Source: a virus (lineage: Duplodnaviria; Heunggongvirae; Uroviricota; Caudoviricetes). From it: 64,000 nucleotides of DNA. A program made the position numbers and the translations under genes. The notes under the pieces are model-generated. The model worked only from the letters and a program-made list of their open reading frames with translations, searched no databases and was not told where the DNA came from. The stretch lies in IMG/VR virus record IMGVR_UViG_3300042922_001018; one strand, given 5' to 3'. Positions 8,356 through 17,986 of the stretch are shown here, in pieces. Within the stretch, counting starts at the first letter, position 1. Every line of letters begins with the position of its first letter.

Positions 8356-9171
8356 TTATACGAAGGCTGCGTACTCAATGGGAATCCCTTCGCGCCAAAC
8401 ATCCAGAATCCGATACGGATAGATGTGCTGCTTGATACAGCCGGTGACATACTCGATGGGCACTCCCGCCCGGTAGATGTCCACCACTGACTGCGAGGAC
8501 AGCGAGAACGTGCGTTCTGCCAGTCGAAGGTCTCTGGCGTACGCTGCGGGGATACCTTCGCGCTGGAGATGTTCGAGCTGGGAAATGCTGTACAGCATCG
8601 TGAAGACACCATGCTCCGAGTCGTCGGCTGCATCATGCAGGTAGTCGGCGGGGAACCGGAGGGCAGCCATCTTGTTGATGTAGGCGAGAATGTGAAGGTT
8701 GATACCCCGGTATCCGGCAAGCGCAGTGTCGAAGTAGTCGAGCGACCCCTCCTTCATCTTCTTCCACTCATCAGTGCTGTTGATGTAGTGGTAGTTGTCC
8801 ATCGCAGTGGACCGAATTCCCGGCGCCTTCATCGTCTCTAGGCACGCGGCAATGTAGAAGCTGTAGGGCCGCAGCTCGCTGCGTTGCACTACGAGGCTTG
8901 CTGCTACTCGGAGAACGGCCTGCATCTCGGTCTGGACCTTCCTCAGTTGAGAGTCCCGGACGATGCTCCAGTAGTCGTCGTGGTTCCGCGGGATGAACAC
9001 GCGCTTGTCAATCCCCGCTCGGAAGAGCACGAGGTTCACGAAATCTTCGAAGTTGGAAGCACTCCGGAAGAGTCTACGCGCCGCCCGGCCTTCGTCGGAG
9101 TTCATGCCGACGCCCCAGGAGCGCAATGCGACTGCAAGGTCCGGGTCACAATGATGGCGGGTGGCTGACAC
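8356..9171 (-). CDS. G[VI]PxEY[AL]-motif family protein (start 9171 GTG or 9105 ATG)
   Basis: C-terminus REGIPAAYARDL, RAGVPIEYVTGC, REGIPIEYAAFV. Confidence 0.55.
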   Translation of the reverse strand: MSATRHHCDPDLAVALRSWGVGMNSDEGRAARRLFRSASNFEDFVNLVLFRAGIDKRVFIPRNHDDYWSIVRDSQLRKVQTEMQAVLRVAASLVVQRSELRPYSFYIAACLETMKAPGIRSTAMDNYHYINSTDEWKKMKEGSLDYFDTALAGYRGINLHILAYINKMAALRFPADYLHDAADDSEHGVFTMLYSISQLEHLQREGIPAAYARDLRLAERTFSLSSQSVVDIYRAGVPIEYVTGCIKQHIYPYRILDVWREGIPIEYAAFV

Positions 9172-9199
9172 CCTCCCAGGTTATCAGCCACCCGCCATC
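9153..9199 (-). terminator. Intercistronic stem-loop (16-bp perfect inverted repeat, 15-nt loop)
   Basis: GATGGCGGGTGGCTGA...TCAGCCACCCGCCATC between the stop of gene 9232-10629 and the start region of 8356-9171; weak T-tract, so could be an attenuator or processing site rather than a terminator. Confidence 0.35.
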
Positions 9200-9231
9200 G
9201 GTGTCAAGCGTCAGCGACCGACGCGGTTGCG

Positions 9232-10629
9232 TCAGCGACCGATGCGGAACTCGACGTTCTTGTCGTGCCGGACGCCTGTGGTCGGCCAGCCGATGCCTTC
9301 GATTTCCAGCGTGTTCGGTCCGACCTGGGTAATCTTCAGGTCGTTCGAGCCAGGGTCGCTGTGGATGGGCGAGCTGCCGCGGTAGTTGGCGTTCAGCGCG
9401 GAGATGTCCACCTGAATCTTCCACGAGGTGAAGAACTTCGCTTCGGGAGCACTGACACGGTAGTTCGCGCTCCACGTCCACTCGCCCGGCTGCTGGCTGA
9501 GCTTCTCCACCGTTACGTTGCTGGTGACGGGCGGCTTCGGCGTGTTGTAGTTGCAGATACGCAGCGTCCGCTCCTGGCCGTTCGTCAGGGTCGAGAAGTT
9601 GTTCCACTCGTTGTGGTTCTGGCCGACAACCTTGATTTTGCCGTTCTGGAACTCGCCATCGAAACCGTAACCCCAGGTCGGGAACTGGTAGTCGCCCTTG
9701 TTGAAGCCGCTGTTGAACGGTGCGGTTGCCGCGTTCATGGTGAGGTACCAGTTGTTCACGTTGCCGCCCGTGCCGCGTACGGTCACATCCACGCACACCT
9801 GGAAGGCGGACATCTGGTTCCAGACGACGCTCTTGATTTCGTAGGCGCCGGGTCCAGCCTCGAAAGCGGGAACGACAGCTTCGACGGGCGGGGCGGAGCC
9901 AGTCGGGTTCGGCGACGGGGACACGGGCTGCGAAGGGACAGGTGCCGGAACGTTCGGCTCTTCCGGGAGCGGCGTGGTCGCGGCGGGGGCGTCCGGCGGG
10001 TAGACCTCGGGGTCCAGACCCCAGAGTGCGTCAACCCACTGCCATGCCATCTGGTATTCGTTCACACCGGCCGGGAAGCGGAGGGTGCTGCCGCCGCTTG
10101 TGGTCGTGGCGGAGCCACCTACGCCGTTGGACGCGAGAGCCTGGACGCTGCCCTTCGGTCGGATTTCGAAGTCGTCCCGGATGTCGCCGATTTCCACTTC
10201 GATGGTCTCAGTCGAGAGCGAGGTGCGGACATAATGGGCGCCGGAAGCGCTTTCGATGAGAGCGGCCCATCCGGCGGGGGAGGAGCGGATGACGAGGTTC
10301 ACACCGTCACTCGGAACGAAGCCAATAGGCTCGATGGAGAGCGCGTTGTTCTTCTTGTCGCTGAGTACCTTCTCGCCCCACGCGAGCGGGAGGAAGGTAT
10401 CGTTCTGGGTCAACGCGGCGGCTTGGGAGACAGCAACGCGGTCAAGGTCGGCCTTGGCGTTCAAGTTCTGGGCGTTGGCGATGAACCCGGCCACGGCGAA
10501 GGTACCGCCGACAAGCAGGATGAGCGTGATGGCGATACCCGAGATAATGAGGATAGGGTCGCCCGCACCTCGTTCATGTTGGGCAGCGCGCAGTGCGCGA
10601 ATCAAGCGAGAGAGCATTCCATAATCCAT
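9232..10629 (-). CDS. TadE/pseudopilin-like N-terminal signal-anchor protein with large variable ectodomain (465 aa)
   Basis: N-terminus ...HERGAGDPILIISGIAITLILLVGGTFAVAGFIANAQNLNAKADLDRVAV (charged-ERG-[AS]-x-x-[DE] then ~22 hydrophobic residues); Gly/Ser/Thr/Asn-rich C-terminal region. Confidence 0.65.
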   Translation of the reverse strand: MDYGMLSRLIRALRAAQHERGAGDPILIISGIAITLILLVGGTFAVAGFIANAQNLNAKADLDRVAVSQAAALTQNDTFLPLAWGEKVLSDKKNNALSIEPIGFVPSDGVNLVIRSSPAGWAALIESASGAHYVRTSLSTETIEVEIGDIRDDFEIRPKGSVQALASNGVGGSATTTSGGSTLRFPAGVNEYQMAWQWVDALWGLDPEVYPPDAPAATTPLPEEPNVPAPVPSQPVSPSPNPTGSAPPVEAVVPAFEAGPGAYEIKSVVWNQMSAFQVCVDVTVRGTGGNVNNWYLTMNAATAPFNSGFNKGDYQFPTWGYGFDGEFQNGKIKVVGQNHNEWNNFSTLTNGQERTLRICNYNTPKPPVTSNVTVEKLSQQPGEWTWSANYRVSAPEAKFFTSWKIQVDISALNANYRGSSPIHSDPGSNDLKITQVGPNTLEIEGIGWPTTGVRHDKNVEFRIGR

Positions 10630-10740
10630 TCAGTTCTCACCCTAGGATACCGGAGTCCATCCAAAAGGATGAATACGCGGTACTGAGTATGTACTGACTA
10701 GTAGGCTGCGACTAGCGGAATGCTCTCTCGCCCGGTGGTT

Positions 10741-12084
10741 TCAATTAAGCGACACCAGGATGTCCACCGTTTCCCCGTTCCGGATGAGCTTGTCTCCTGT
10801 GCACGGCGTGTACACATAGTGGTGGAAACCAGTGTAGGCGCCTCCGGTAAACCGCTCCAAGCGCGCGCCCGCAGTCTCGACCGTGACTGCGCTTTGCGAA
10901 CCGGTGTACCCGTTAAACAGTGGAGCCAGGTCAACACCCGCGGCGAGAGGGCAGATGGGAACCTGAGAAGTCGTCGTCACAGTGATAGTGGCGCGGCGGC
11001 TCGTTGGCGTGCTGGTGGGGTCGAAGGTAACGGTGTGCGAGACGCTAGGGTTATTGTTGTTGTCCGTGAGGCGCTGCATGTCGGCGGCGCAGACACGGAA
11101 GTCCCGTGTCTCGCCGGGGGCGAGACCAGGCCCGGTGATGACGGCCGCTGGCCGGTTGAAGCCGCTGTAGGTCACCATCTCCCAGTCGGTGATGGAATAG
11201 TCCGGCGAGACACTCAGCGGTCCCGCGAATGTCATCGGCTTGTACAGCGTGGCGTCCCCACCGCTGTCTACGACCATGCGGAGCTGAGCGTTGGCCCCGG
11301 TGCCTGTGACCGTGATGGTGCCGCAAGCCTCCATGTCGGTTGCCGAACCCCATACCTGCCAGTGAATCTCGTCGATGACGTAGTTCGAGCCATCAGCGGG
11401 GAAGAAGGGAGCGGAATACCCCTTACGGTTCCGGGGGTCCGCGGCGCCGCCGTTAGCCTGCGTCAGAACGAAGTCGTGGCGCAGGGCGGGGCGCAGGCGG
11501 TTGGTCGTGGCTTCTACCCATCGCTCGGCCATCAGTTCTTCGTTGATACCCTCAGGGTATCGAACTGTTGTGTCGCCACCAACATTTGTCGCGCTGGCAC
11601 CCGTAGCCAAGATGGTACCGTCCAGTGCGGGCATGACATAGTCGTCTACGCGGTCAAGGTCAACCTCGACGGTTGCAGAAGACGAAGATGTGCGGAGGAA
11701 GTGACTTCCGGAGGCAGACTCGACGACGGCTGCCCAACCGCTTGGGCTGGTTCGCACGACGATGGACGCGCCTTCGCTCGGGACGAATCCCAGGGAAGAC
11801 TCAGCAAGACTGTGGTCAATCTGCTCGGGGTGGATGGCTGGTCCGACAGCCAGCGGTAGGAACGAGTCCTGCGACCCGAGGGCTGCGGCCTCTGCGGTGG
11901 CAACACGGTCAAGGTCGCTTTTCGCATTCGTGTTCTGTGCGTTGCCGATGAAACCGGAAACCGCGAAGGTTCCTCCGACGATGAGGATGAGGGTAATCGC
12001 GATACCGGCGATAATCAGGATGGGGTCTGTAGCTCCGCGTTCTGCAACGAACGCGCGCCGGTCTGCAAGAGTACGAGTGCGCAT
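10741..12084 (-). CDS. TadE/pseudopilin-like N-terminal signal-anchor protein, paralogue (447 aa)
   Basis: ERGATDPILIIAGIAITLILIVGGTFAVSGFIGNAQNTNAKSDLDRVATA; same family as 9232-10629 and the four genes at 33831-38543. Confidence 0.65.
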   Translation of the reverse strand: MRTRTLADRRAFVAERGATDPILIIAGIAITLILIVGGTFAVSGFIGNAQNTNAKSDLDRVATAEAAALGSQDSFLPLAVGPAIHPEQIDHSLAESSLGFVPSEGASIVVRTSPSGWAAVVESASGSHFLRTSSSSATVEVDLDRVDDYVMPALDGTILATGASATNVGGDTTVRYPEGINEELMAERWVEATTNRLRPALRHDFVLTQANGGAADPRNRKGYSAPFFPADGSNYVIDEIHWQVWGSATDMEACGTITVTGTGANAQLRMVVDSGGDATLYKPMTFAGPLSVSPDYSITDWEMVTYSGFNRPAAVITGPGLAPGETRDFRVCAADMQRLTDNNNNPSVSHTVTFDPTSTPTSRRATITVTTTSQVPICPLAAGVDLAPLFNGYTGSQSAVTVETAGARLERFTGGAYTGFHHYVYTPCTGDKLIRNGETVDILVSLN

Positions 12085-12158
12085 ACCTCTATGGTAGCGG
12101 GGAAGCTAAGACACTTAGCCTACTAATTACCGAGGAAACTACTTAGGCCCACACTGAT

Positions 12159-12446
12159 TTAGGCGCCCAGCGGCACGATAGCGCATTCCTTGACGGGCGG
12201 CGTGTGGAGGCAACTCTTGTCAAAGACGATGGTGTCGCCCTTAGCCTCCGACTCCTGCCACATCCGGACGTAAAGGGTGTGCGGGCCGCACATGGTTTCG
12301 CTGCCGATTCCGCACGGGCACTTCAGCAGGGAGACGGCCGGAATCTCGCAGCCGGAGAACGAGCAGTCCACTCGCCCTTCCAGGTCATCGAGTTCCCGCA
12401 GGAGGTTCGGGTCGATGTCAACGTCATCGAGGACGGCACTGGACAT
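12159..12446 (-). CDS. Cys-rich small protein (95 aa), possible zinc-binding
   Basis: CSFSGCEIP...LKCPCGIGSETMCGPH...SCLH. Confidence 0.45.
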   Translation of the reverse strand: MSSAVLDDVDIDPNLLRELDDLEGRVDCSFSGCEIPAVSLLKCPCGIGSETMCGPHTLYVRMWQESEAKGDTIVFDKSCLHTPPVKECAIVPLGA

Positions 12447-12847
12447 CAGGCCACCAGCCCGTCGATGATGGCCCGAGCGTACTCGGCGTAGTAGTCCTCG
12501 TTGCCTTCGTACGCGGTCGGTTCCGGGTCGATTTCGCAGAGGCGTTTCGCGACGGCGGCGATGGCGGCTTCGCTGAGCGTCTCGCCAGCGATAGCGCGGG
12601 CCAGATACGTCTTCAGAACGAGACGCGGGTCGATGGTGTCCATGTCCCCAAGGCTACCACCGACTGTCAGGTGTGTCAATGCTCTACAGCACAAGGGTTC
12701 TCCTTGACGCGCATCGCCGATTCTGGTACCGTATCCGACATGGCTACCTCTCTGATTGACGGCGATTTCCAGACCGCGGTCGCGAACCTCGACAAGGCAC
12801 GTTCCGCGCTGTACGATGCAGGGTTCGAGAACATCGGCCCGCTTCAC
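12446..12847 (-). CDS. hypothetical protein (start uncertain; possibly only the last ~65 aa from MDTIDPRLV)
   Basis: ORF; N-terminal part unusual in composition. Confidence 0.35.
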   Translation of the reverse strand: MKRADVLEPCIVQRGTCLVEVRDRGLEIAVNQRGSHVGYGTRIGDARQGEPLCCRALTHLTVGGSLGDMDTIDPRLVLKTYLARAIAGETLSEAAIAAVAKRLCEIDPEPTAYEGNEDYYAEYARAIIDGLVA

Positions 12848-13144
12848 GCCGCGCTCGTCGCCGCCATGAGTGACGTGATGAACTTCATCCCGAACATCGT
12901 CACCGCCGTGGACATCTGGTACGAGGATGAGGAGGGCGCCGCCGAGTACCCCGGCTTCGAGGAGACGGGCATTGCCTATGAGGCCGCGGCAGCCGCCTCA
13001 TACATCGAGTTCCTGAACCTTCGCAACAGCCTCGACCGAGTCATGTCGTACGCGCACTACTACAACGAGTTCAGCAACTCGCTCAGCGACCTGACGACCT
13101 TCTGCGAGGGTTACGACTCCGACCGAGGAACTATCGTTCTGTGA
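12740..13144 (+). CDS. hypothetical protein (plus strand, ~134 aa)
   Basis: ATG 12740 (MATSLIDGDF...) inside track ORF 12671-13144; forms a 2-gene plus-strand insert with the GNAT gene. Confidence 0.45.
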   Translation: MATSLIDGDFQTAVANLDKARSALYDAGFENIGPLHAALVAAMSDVMNFIPNIVTAVDIWYEDEEGAAEYPGFEETGIAYEAAAAASYIEFLNLRNSLDRVMSYAHYYNEFSNSLSDLTTFCEGYDSDRGTIVL

Positions 13145-13542
13145 GCGAACCTATCTTGAAGCGTACCGATGAGGCGACCGGCGCCTGGGTGTCCGGCCGT
13201 CTGCTCGTCGGTGCGTTCACGGATGAGCATGCTGACGAGGCGTACTATTCGGACTTCGCGCCGTACGCGGACATCGTTTCCACCCGTGATGAGGAGCGTG
13301 TGCTGTTCGTTGCGGGCGTCTATGTCCCGACGGAGCATCGCGGACAAAGGCTCGGCCTGCGGCTTCTCGACGAACTAACCGAGGAGCTGGAAGCCGACAG
13401 AGATGTCCTGGTGGCACAAGAATTCGAGACGCCGTCCGCCTGGGTGCACCCCGCTCGTCTGGAGCTGTACTACTTCAACGCCGGGTTCCGACGCATCGGA
13501 TGGACGATGGAGCGGTGCCCGCTGATGCAGCGGGTTCACTGA
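13141..13542 (+). CDS. GNAT family N-acetyltransferase
   Basis: Motif A VYVPTEHRGQRLGLRLLDEL (R/Q-x-x-G-x-G/A); 133 aa. Confidence 0.6.
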   Translation: MSEPILKRTDEATGAWVSGRLLVGAFTDEHADEAYYSDFAPYADIVSTRDEERVLFVAGVYVPTEHRGQRLGLRLLDELTEELEADRDVLVAQEFETPSAWVHPARLELYYFNAGFRRIGWTMERCPLMQRVH

Positions 13543-14078
13543 CGCCAGGCGGAAATCTCGCGGGCAGCTTTCGCGGTCTTGCTCTCGATGGTGCCGATGT
13601 CGTAGCTACGTCGTTCGAAGCGGACGTTCTCTGAGTCGCCCAGGTCGTACCACACGTCTTCGTTGTCGAGCTGGACCGAGCGACCATCGGTCGCAGTGAC
13701 GTTCCCGGCGGTGTTCTCGTCGCCGACGTACACCGCGATGTCTTCCCCTTCGAGAGATGCGACGTAGCGGCGTGCGAACACATCGCCGGAGTGCTCTGGG
13801 GTGGTGTTCAAGGCGCAGTGCAGAGTGTCGCAGTCGCTACCGGAGTAGCCTTCGAGACCGGGCTGCCCCATGCCTACGTGGTAGTCGGCGATGTCCTCGA
13901 TGAAGTCCTGGTCGAGGTCATCGAGGAGATTGCCGAGCGCGATGGGGGTCGTCATCTTCTGCGCGCGGAGAGCCTCAATCATGGAGCTGTGGCTCAGGCG
14001 GACTTCGGGAACAGTGCCAGTCTTCTCAGCGAACTGTCCCGACTCATCACGCGGATGCTCCGACGGGTTGAAGCTCAT
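13536..14078 (-). CDS. N-terminal-leader family protein (variable C-terminal domain)
   Basis: MSFNPSEHPRDESGQFAEKTGTVPEVRLSH; ATG 14078 lies 2 nt after the upstream TGA (translational coupling); track GTG 14087 is alternative. Confidence 0.6.
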   Translation of the reverse strand: MSFNPSEHPRDESGQFAEKTGTVPEVRLSHSSMIEALRAQKMTTPIALGNLLDDLDQDFIEDIADYHVGMGQPGLEGYSGSDCDTLHCALNTTPEHSGDVFARRYVASLEGEDIAVYVGDENTAGNVTATDGRSVQLDNEDVWYDLGDSENVRFERRSYDIGTIESKTAKAAREISAWRQ

Positions 14079-14080
14079 GG

Positions 14081-14884
14081 TCACCACCGGTCCATTTCAG
14101 TGTTGCTCTCAACGACATCGACTCGGCCGTCCATGTAGTCGATGCGAGTGATACTTCCGCCGGAGGAGATGCGGTTGATAACGCCGGGTGCTCCGCCTTC
14201 AGTCGGTCGGACCACTTCGCCTTCCTTCAGCGAGGAGGCAGGCTCGGTGACCTGCTCGCGGTTGCGCACGGCGAACTGTGCGTACGCATCGTACAGTTCA
14301 CGTTCTTCGCCTGCCTCGTCGGAGGAGTACAGACCGGAGAGTGCGACCTCGTTGAACTCAGCGTCCTGGCCGAGGAACGGCAGCTTGGCGATAGCGGTAC
14401 GGACCGCGGCGCCCGCCGTCATGGGTTCCGCGGATGAAGACAGCCCGACGAAACGCCCGCGGTTGGCCCCGTAGAAACCGCCACGGGCGAGAAGCATCTC
14501 GTGTCGGTAGAGGCCGTCGGGCTGCCGAACGACAGACTTGACGACACCGACGATTCCCTGGTTCTCAACGAGCTTCTCGAAGTCCTCCGCACCCGGCGGG
14601 CGGAAAGTGTTGAGCGGACGCCCGGCGCCGACAGCGTTGCTGTCCGCGAGAGCATCCCACGCCCGCATACGGCGTCCGGCGACATCCTCACTCTGGAGCA
14701 TCCGCGCGACCTGTACCTGCGAGTAGCCGTTCAGACCGATTTCGTCGGACAGCGGTGGCCAGTGCTTCGAGAAGGTGCGCTCGGGGAAGTCCATCCTTTC
14801 GAGCACGACATCGGAAGAAAGACCGACCTTTTCGGCGAACTTGCCGTCGGTGGTGCGGGGGTGCTGCGCAGAGTCGAAAGTCAT
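14081..14884 (-). CDS. N-terminal-leader family protein (267 aa)
   Basis: MTFDSAQHPRTTDGKFAEKVGLSSDVVLE; preceded by caCCGCCTACAaccgggcATG. Confidence 0.65.
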   Translation of the reverse strand: MTFDSAQHPRTTDGKFAEKVGLSSDVVLERMDFPERTFSKHWPPLSDEIGLNGYSQVQVARMLQSEDVAGRRMRAWDALADSNAVGAGRPLNTFRPPGAEDFEKLVENQGIVGVVKSVVRQPDGLYRHEMLLARGGFYGANRGRFVGLSSSAEPMTAGAAVRTAIAKLPFLGQDAEFNEVALSGLYSSDEAGEERELYDAYAQFAVRNREQVTEPASSLKEGEVVRPTEGGAPGVINRISSGGSITRIDYMDGRVDVVESNTEMDRW

Positions 14885-15519
14885 GCCCGGTTGTAGGCGG
14901 TGTGCAGACGGGTGTAGAGCGTTTCCGCATCATCCTGCCCTACCCACACGTTCGAACCGTCAGGGTAGACCATCCTGAAGCGGCGTCCCCCGCCTGTCCT
15001 GAACTCTTCTCCGATACGACCGTTCGGGTCTCCGCCTCGGAGAGCTTCATGCAGCTCTTCATGGAGTTCATGGGCCTCGGTGGCGCTCAGCTCGCGGGCC
15101 TTGGAACGTGCGGTGCTGACGCGGATGTTTCCTGCGGCATCTGCGGCCTCGTGCGCTTCACAGATAGCGACAAGTTCTCTGGCGGTTGCGGCTGCGGCTC
15201 GCGCCTGCTCTCGACTGCCGGGGGTGGAGAACAATCGGCGCGCCTTAGCCTCGTGCGCTTCAGCGATGGCGGTGTAGCGTGAGCAACGTTCTCCATGCGA
15301 GCGCGCCCCGCGATAGGCATTCCGTAGCTCATCGAGCTGGGAAGTTCCTGCGCGCTGGATTCGATACTCCAGTTCGCTCTCTGCAAGGCGCTCGCGAAGA
15401 GAGTTGGGGAAAGTGGGGACACCCGCGGGTGTGGACAAGGTTACCTCCGGTGCGAGACCTTCCTTGAAGCCGAAGCGACCGTCCTGCTCGCGGCTTACCA
15501 GTGTCTCATCAAAAGCCAT
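14881..15519 (-). CDS. N-terminal-leader family protein, degenerate leader (212 aa)
   Basis: MAFDETLVSREQDGRFGFKEGLAPEVTLSTP; preceded by tcCGCCTACAcccgattATG. Confidence 0.6.
   Translation of the reverse strand: MAFDETLVSREQDGRFGFKEGLAPEVTLSTPAGVPTFPNSLRERLAESELEYRIQRAGTSQLDELRNAYRGARSHGERCSRYTAIAEAHEAKARRLFSTPGSREQARAAAATARELVAICEAHEAADAAGNIRVSTARSKARELSATEAHELHEELHEALRGGDPNGRIGEEFRTGGGRRFRMVYPDGSNVWVGQDDAETLYTRLHTAYNRA
14892..14900 (-). promoter_or_regulatory. CCGCCTACA element upstream of gene 14081-14884 (lies inside the 3' end of gene 14881-15519)
   Basis: ctgcacaCCGCCTACAaccgggcATG. Confidence 0.4.
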
Positions 15520-15526
15520 AATCGGG

Positions 15527-15535
15527 TGTAGGCGG
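15527..15535 (-). promoter_or_regulatory. CCGCCTACA element 7 nt upstream of ATG of gene 14881-15519
   Basis: Noncoding position between 15519 and 15545. Confidence 0.45.
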
Positions 15536-15544
15536 AGAGGACGT

Positions 15545-16324
15545 TCAGTCCAGGTAGTCGAACGGTGCGGCCGTGTACATGATGGCCGCGTACTCGCGCG
15601 TCAGCCCCGCTTCAGCGTATGCCTGGATGTCGTCTTCCAGCACGCTGTTCCGGGCAAGTTCGATTCCGAGCAAGTAGTCGTTCTCCACGCCAGTCCACTC
15701 GGCGATAGCGGCGAGGTACGTGTCCACTTCGGCGCCGACGGCGATGCCTTCCAGGCTCAGAACTTCGTCGAGGACACGGCGTCCGAACTCGTCCCGTGAC
15801 GAAGTCGAAATGAGGTAGCTCTCAACATGGTACCCCTGCGCCATGTCGCACACCGCACCGAGGTACGAGATGTCTTCACCATCGGTGAATGCTTCGGGTT
15901 CGGCAGGGAAGGCGTTCGCTCCAACCCGCTCGCAGAGCAGCTTCTCGTACTGTGGCGCAATCAGCCACATGTTTTCTGCGGCCGACTTTCCAGTTGCGTC
16001 CGCAAGTCTGATGGCGAAGTCGGTCTTAGCCTTGCGCGGCAGCAGCCAACCATGGATGTGCTTCACCTCCGCAGCGATGGCTTCCAGCACATCCGCATGC
16101 TGGACGTACGCTCGCGCACACGTCTCCGGCGAGACGACGGCGACCTTAGTCGGTGTCAGGCCGAACAAGTCGCGGTAGACTCCGGCGGAGAAACGCTGAG
16201 CGGCCTCAGGAGCAAGTAACTCCAGTGCGCTCTGCATGTCATCCCTCCGCGGCATCGCTGACGCGAAGGTGTTCGGGTCGAAAGGCATGATGCTAGCGTA
16301 CGCCGCGAAGCCGCACTGTGTCAA
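15545..16324 (-). CDS. Array subfamily B protein (259 aa)
   Basis: C-terminus EAGLTREYAAIMYTAAPFDYLD; last gene of the long paralogue operon. Confidence 0.6.
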   Translation of the reverse strand: MTQCGFAAYASIMPFDPNTFASAMPRRDDMQSALELLAPEAAQRFSAGVYRDLFGLTPTKVAVVSPETCARAYVQHADVLEAIAAEVKHIHGWLLPRKAKTDFAIRLADATGKSAAENMWLIAPQYEKLLCERVGANAFPAEPEAFTDGEDISYLGAVCDMAQGYHVESYLISTSSRDEFGRRVLDEVLSLEGIAVGAEVDTYLAAIAEWTGVENDYLLGIELARNSVLEDDIQAYAEAGLTREYAAIMYTAAPFDYLD

Positions 16325-17127
16325 GCAGAGACTTCGAGGAGGTACTCTAGCGGTACACCGTTCTTCGAGGCTTCGCTGATGGCCTCCGGGTCTGTCAGAC
16401 CCGCAGCCAGCGCAGCGACGGCGTACGGGGCGGGGACGCCAGTAATCAGACAGTCGAGCAGTAGACCGGCTGACTGCGGGTCTGACGCGTTACGAATGTG
16501 CTGCGGGTTGCATCCTGCTTTCAGCAGTGCGTACGCCTGCGGATGACCGAGGAAGTTCGAGCACAGCGTGTCGCGGGCTTCGCGCTCCGTCCATGACGCT
16601 CGCGGCGCGAGGAGGCCGAGATGCTTCCCGTCGGTCACAGACTTCAAGCCTTCGACGACGGAGGTTTCAATCGGTCCGATAATCAGCATGTTCAGGAGTG
16701 TCTGGGCGCCAGCAGGTCCAACCGAATCAGCGAGCGCAGAGTTGACGCCGTACACGAGGTGGAGCGGGTTCACTCTGCGCTCGGACGCGAGTTTCTCGAT
16801 GGTTTTCGCAGCGAGGTCGCGGTTCGAGTTCAGCGCCCAGTCATCTCGGAAATCCGCTCGCCCGGCATGGGCTAGCATCACCGGTCGAATCCAGGTGTCC
16901 ATCACCTTGAAGATGTGCTCGAACGTCTCCGGGTCTTCGTGGAACCGTGCGATGATGGCGCGGGCCGCACGCTCCGGCAGCTTGGTCCCACCCGGCTCCT
17001 GGAGAACATCCCGGTTCCAAGCCCAGTAGGCTCCAATACCGGTGAAGATGTACGGCAGCCGAGGTTCAATCTGTGCGAGCATAGCCGGGTTGGCGACTAG
17101 GTACACGCCTGCGTCGTAGTGGGTCAT
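16321..17127 (-). CDS. Array subfamily B protein (268 aa)
   Basis: ITGVPAPYAVAALAAGLTDPEAISEASKNGVPLEYLLEVSA; ATGA overlap. Confidence 0.6.
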   Translation of the reverse strand: MTHYDAGVYLVANPAMLAQIEPRLPYIFTGIGAYWAWNRDVLQEPGGTKLPERAARAIIARFHEDPETFEHIFKVMDTWIRPVMLAHAGRADFRDDWALNSNRDLAAKTIEKLASERRVNPLHLVYGVNSALADSVGPAGAQTLLNMLIIGPIETSVVEGLKSVTDGKHLGLLAPRASWTEREARDTLCSNFLGHPQAYALLKAGCNPQHIRNASDPQSAGLLLDCLITGVPAPYAVAALAAGLTDPEAISEASKNGVPLEYLLEVSA

Positions 17128-17131
17128 GGCG

Positions 17132-17986
17132 TCAATCCTTCACAATGCCGAGGGAGACGTACGCGTACTCCAGCGGAAGCCCGTCCTGGGAACAACGTAC
17201 GACATCGTCTACAGACATCCCGCGTGCGAGAGCTGCCGAAGCGTAAGGAGCATCCACGCCGCGAACGATGGCGTTCATCAGCTCGCGCTCACCGCCGATT
17301 CGGCTGGCCAGCGTGGTCAGGGCTTCTGTAGAGCACCCGGCTCGGAGGAGTTCGTAGCCGTAGTCCAACCTCGTGACCGTACGGCACAGTGAGTCGAACA
17401 CGTCCTTGTACCGCGCGCTGTCGAAGAGGAGGTTGCTCGGAACATCCGGTAGTGTCCCGTCGGAGGTCATTGACACGACCTTCTCCAGAATGTCCGGCTC
17501 CATCTTCATGAGGGAGCAGCCGAGGATGATGGACTCCGCTGTGTGCGGCGCCGTCGCCGATGCGAGGAACGGGGTCAGGCCGTAAAGGAGAGAGGCGAGA
17601 GGCATGTCTGCTCGGCGGGCTTCCGCACGGATAGCTTCCACGGGGTGTGGGTGCGCCAGCACTCGCTCGAAGATTTCCGGGTGTGCGACATACTGCCTGC
17701 TGATGGCCCGACCGATAGCCACGTCGAGGTGGCCCGTGTGAGCGTCGTTTCCGTCTGCTCTCGTCGAGAACGCCCCCGCCAATGCGGGTGACGTTTGGAA
17801 GAGGGTCAAGAAATGACCACGGACGATACGCTTCACAGGTCTAGCGTAGCTGTCGGAGCGGAACGTGTCAAGCTTGCGCCGTGCGTGACGGTGTAGACTG
17901 ACAGCATGAGCTACCGTACCGAAGAGCGCTTCGTCGGCGGGCTGGTTGCCGAGAAGCTTGCGGAGCTGCAAGAGCGCTACACTCAC
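17132..17986 (-). CDS. Array subfamily B protein (start 17986 ATG or 17836 GTG)
   Basis: RGVDAPYASAALARGMSVDDVVRCSQDGLPLEYAYV; alignment with paralogues favours the later GTG start (KRIVRGHFLTLF...). Confidence 0.55.
   Translation of the reverse strand: MSVALLQLRKLLGNQPADEALFGTVAHAVSLHRHARRKLDTFRSDSYARPVKRIVRGHFLTLFQTSPALAGAFSTRADGNDAHTGHLDVAIGRAISRQYVAHPEIFERVLAHPHPVEAIRAEARRADMPLASLLYGLTPFLASATAPHTAESIILGCSLMKMEPDILEKVVSMTSDGTLPDVPSNLLFDSARYKDVFDSLCRTVTRLDYGYELLRAGCSTEALTTLASRIGGERELMNAIVRGVDAPYASAALARGMSVDDVVRCSQDGLPLEYAYVSLGIVKD

Noticed and set aside
9265-10686. 473-aa plus-strand ORF
   Set aside because: Antisense to anchored-protein gene 9232-10629; Arg/Gly/Asp/Val-rich; no start context.
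10720-11859. 379-aa plus-strand ORF
   Set aside because: Antisense to 10741-12084; same artefact class.
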